Source: an uncultured delta proteobacterium (GTDB taxonomy: Bacteria; Desulfobacterota; Binatia; DP-6). Taken from it: DNA of 64,000 bases. A program made the position numbers and the translations under genes. Under the pieces are notes generated by a model that saw only the letters and a program-made list of their open reading frames with translations, searched no databases and had not been told where the DNA came from. The first letter of the stretch is position 1, and every line of letters starts with the position of its first letter. Shown one piece after another: positions 62,511-64,000 of this stretch. The stretch is taken from NCBI GenBank assembly GCA_963815115.1, contig CAWFFN010000007.1, positions 864,001-928,000 of the forward strand. Reading direction: 5' to 3'.

Positions 62511-63089
62511 CTACTCGGCACTCGCGCTCAAGTAATTGCGAACCAATTTAATGTAGAAGTGCAACGACTGAATTGTCACCGTTCCTGATGCTGCCGTATC
62601 AGGCAATGGATCGTCGAGGAAGCCCGAGAAGGACCCGCGTACCCAGTCACCTTCGATCGATTCGATGTGTACGGTGACACTAGGTGGACTCGTCAGTGCA
62701 AGACTCGCGTTCCATATTTTCCTCGGGGGCTTGCTCTCGCTGTAGCTCGCCAGCCCGCACGCGAGGTCCTGTGGGGGATGCAGCGGCTGTCCGTTGAAAT
62801 CCGTGCAGCCGAAGAAGAAGAGCTTGAAGTTATGCTTCGCATGACGATGCCTGCTCGGCCCGACTGCTTCGCCGATCAAACCGGTGAAGTCGAAGTCGAG
62901 CCCCGGCGACGGCCCGAGCAAGTCCACGTCCACGTAGTGGTCGATACCATCTGGCGAAGGCACCTGCGGTGCATTGAACTTCTTCCCATTGATGACACCG
63001 AACATTCCTGCTCGTTGACCTCGCTGAGGCTTGGCCGCCGAAGGTCCAACCAGAACACAGAGTACGAACAGGGCACTCAGGTATCGCAT
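62511..63089 (-). CDS. Secreted hypothetical protein (visibly lower GC)
   Basis: Signal peptide MRYLSALFVLCVLVGPSAA; RBS GAGGAG; VRGSFSG beta-strand motif. Confidence 0.65.
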   Translation of the reverse strand: MRYLSALFVLCVLVGPSAAKPQRGQRAGMFGVINGKKFNAPQVPSPDGIDHYVDVDLLGPSPGLDFDFTGLIGEAVGPSRHRHAKHNFKLFFFGCTDFNGQPLHPPQDLACGLASYSESKPPRKIWNASLALTSPPSVTVHIESIEGDWVRGSFSGFLDDPLPDTAASGTVTIQSLHFYIKLVRNYLSASAE

Positions 63090-63466
63090 TACACTCCTCG
63101 GTTGCTGTGACCTAGTAGAGGACTCACGCATCGCGGGCTGCCGAGGCTGCTGATCCACGTATCTCGTCCGCGCTAGCCGAGTCCTCCCCAGCCTGTCATC
63201 TTTCACGGCTGACTAGACTCATCCCATACGGCCGGACCTGCAGTCAAGGAAAGCTGACGCCCGAGGCGAGGACGAGCGTCGCGCAGGGTCCCTGGTGTGA
63301 GCGTCCTGTGGAAGCCTCCGCCCAGGCCCCCCGACCCCGCAGGACCGCGAGGGGCGAGCGAGGATGAGGCATGAGCGCGTGACCTGCTGGCTCATCGACC
63401 GCCCCCTCGTGGACTCGCCCTCGCGATCCTGGCAACGCTCGAGTTCTGGATGCGACGCGGCTCGTG

Positions 63467-64000
63467 ATGAAGGTGCTCGCAGTCTCGGGGAGCCCGAGGG
63501 CCGGGTCCTCGAATGCAGCCCTCCTGCGCGCCGCAGCAGCCCTCGCGCCCGCGGGCACGGACGTCACCTTCTATGACGATCGGCTGGGCGCCCTGCCCAT
63601 GTTCACGCCCGACCTCGACGGCGAGGGCGCCGTCCCACCACCGGCCGTCGCGGAGCTGCGCGCGCTCCTGCGTGCCGCAGATGGCATCATCATCTCCAGC
63701 CCGGAGTACGCACACGGCGTGCCCGGTGCACTGAAGAACGCGCTCGACTGGATCGTCTCGAGCGGCGAGCTCGAGGGCAAGCCGGTCGTGCTGGTCGTGG
63801 CATCACCGAGCGGCGGGCAGTGGGCGCAATCGTCGCTCACCCCGACGCTCGAGGTGATGGGAGCGAGGCTCGTCGTCAACCTCGCCGTGACGTTCACGCG
63901 CGCGCAGATCGACGCCGCAGGCACCCTGCTGGACCGCGACCTGGCGGAGACCCTGCGGACGAGTCTCCAGGCGCTCGCCGCAGCGATCGGCCCTGCCGGA
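63467..64000 (+). CDS. NADPH-dependent FMN reductase (runs past the right window edge)
   Basis: MKVLAVSGSPRAGSSN…ADGIIISSPEYAHGVPGALKNALDW…GKPV. Confidence 0.92.
   Translation, partial: MKVLAVSGSPRAGSSNAALLRAAAALAPAGTDVTFYDDRLGALPMFTPDLDGEGAVPPPAVAELRALLRAADGIIISSPEYAHGVPGALKNALDWIVSSGELEGKPVVLVVASPSGGQWAQSSLTPTLEVMGARLVVNLAVTFTRAQIDAAGTLLDRDLAETLRTSLQALAAAIGPAG

Overview
GC-rich bacterial chromosomal window. The many Cys-rich secreted proteins, the DUF1800/DUF1501 pair and the DUF1329 gene suggest a Binatota/Myxococcota-like host, but this is inference only. Left to right: an aldo/keto reductase with a divergent TetR gene; an iron/haem-type uptake operon preceded by a Fur box (AraC, HutX-like protein, two paralogous secreted proteins, a frameshifted TonB-dependent receptor, an ABC transporter, a split-barrel protein); redox genes (glutathione peroxidase, GST, MsrA); many secreted hypothetical proteins; a 3.6 kb islet between two tRNA 3'-end remnants that carries a serine hydrolase and two DUF1566 paralogs; lipid and cAMP genes; an N-type (alternate) F1Fo ATPase operon in permuted order; a KAS III pair with an acyl-CoA dehydrogenase; and an approximately 11.6 kb satellite-like element integrated in tRNA-Arg(TCG). 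That element has a tyrosine integrase, HTH genes, a broken primase-helicase and an IS3-family insertion. Its cargo is three tandem secreted CLec/FGE-type proteins resembling DGR targets, an IMH-like tract with a hairpin, and an avd gene, but no reverse transcriptase or template repeat. A 29-bp motif (GGTAGC-N5-GCTACC-N6-GTAGCG) recurs upstream of three unrelated secreted-protein loci. All product calls come from recognising motifs by eye; no database searches were run.
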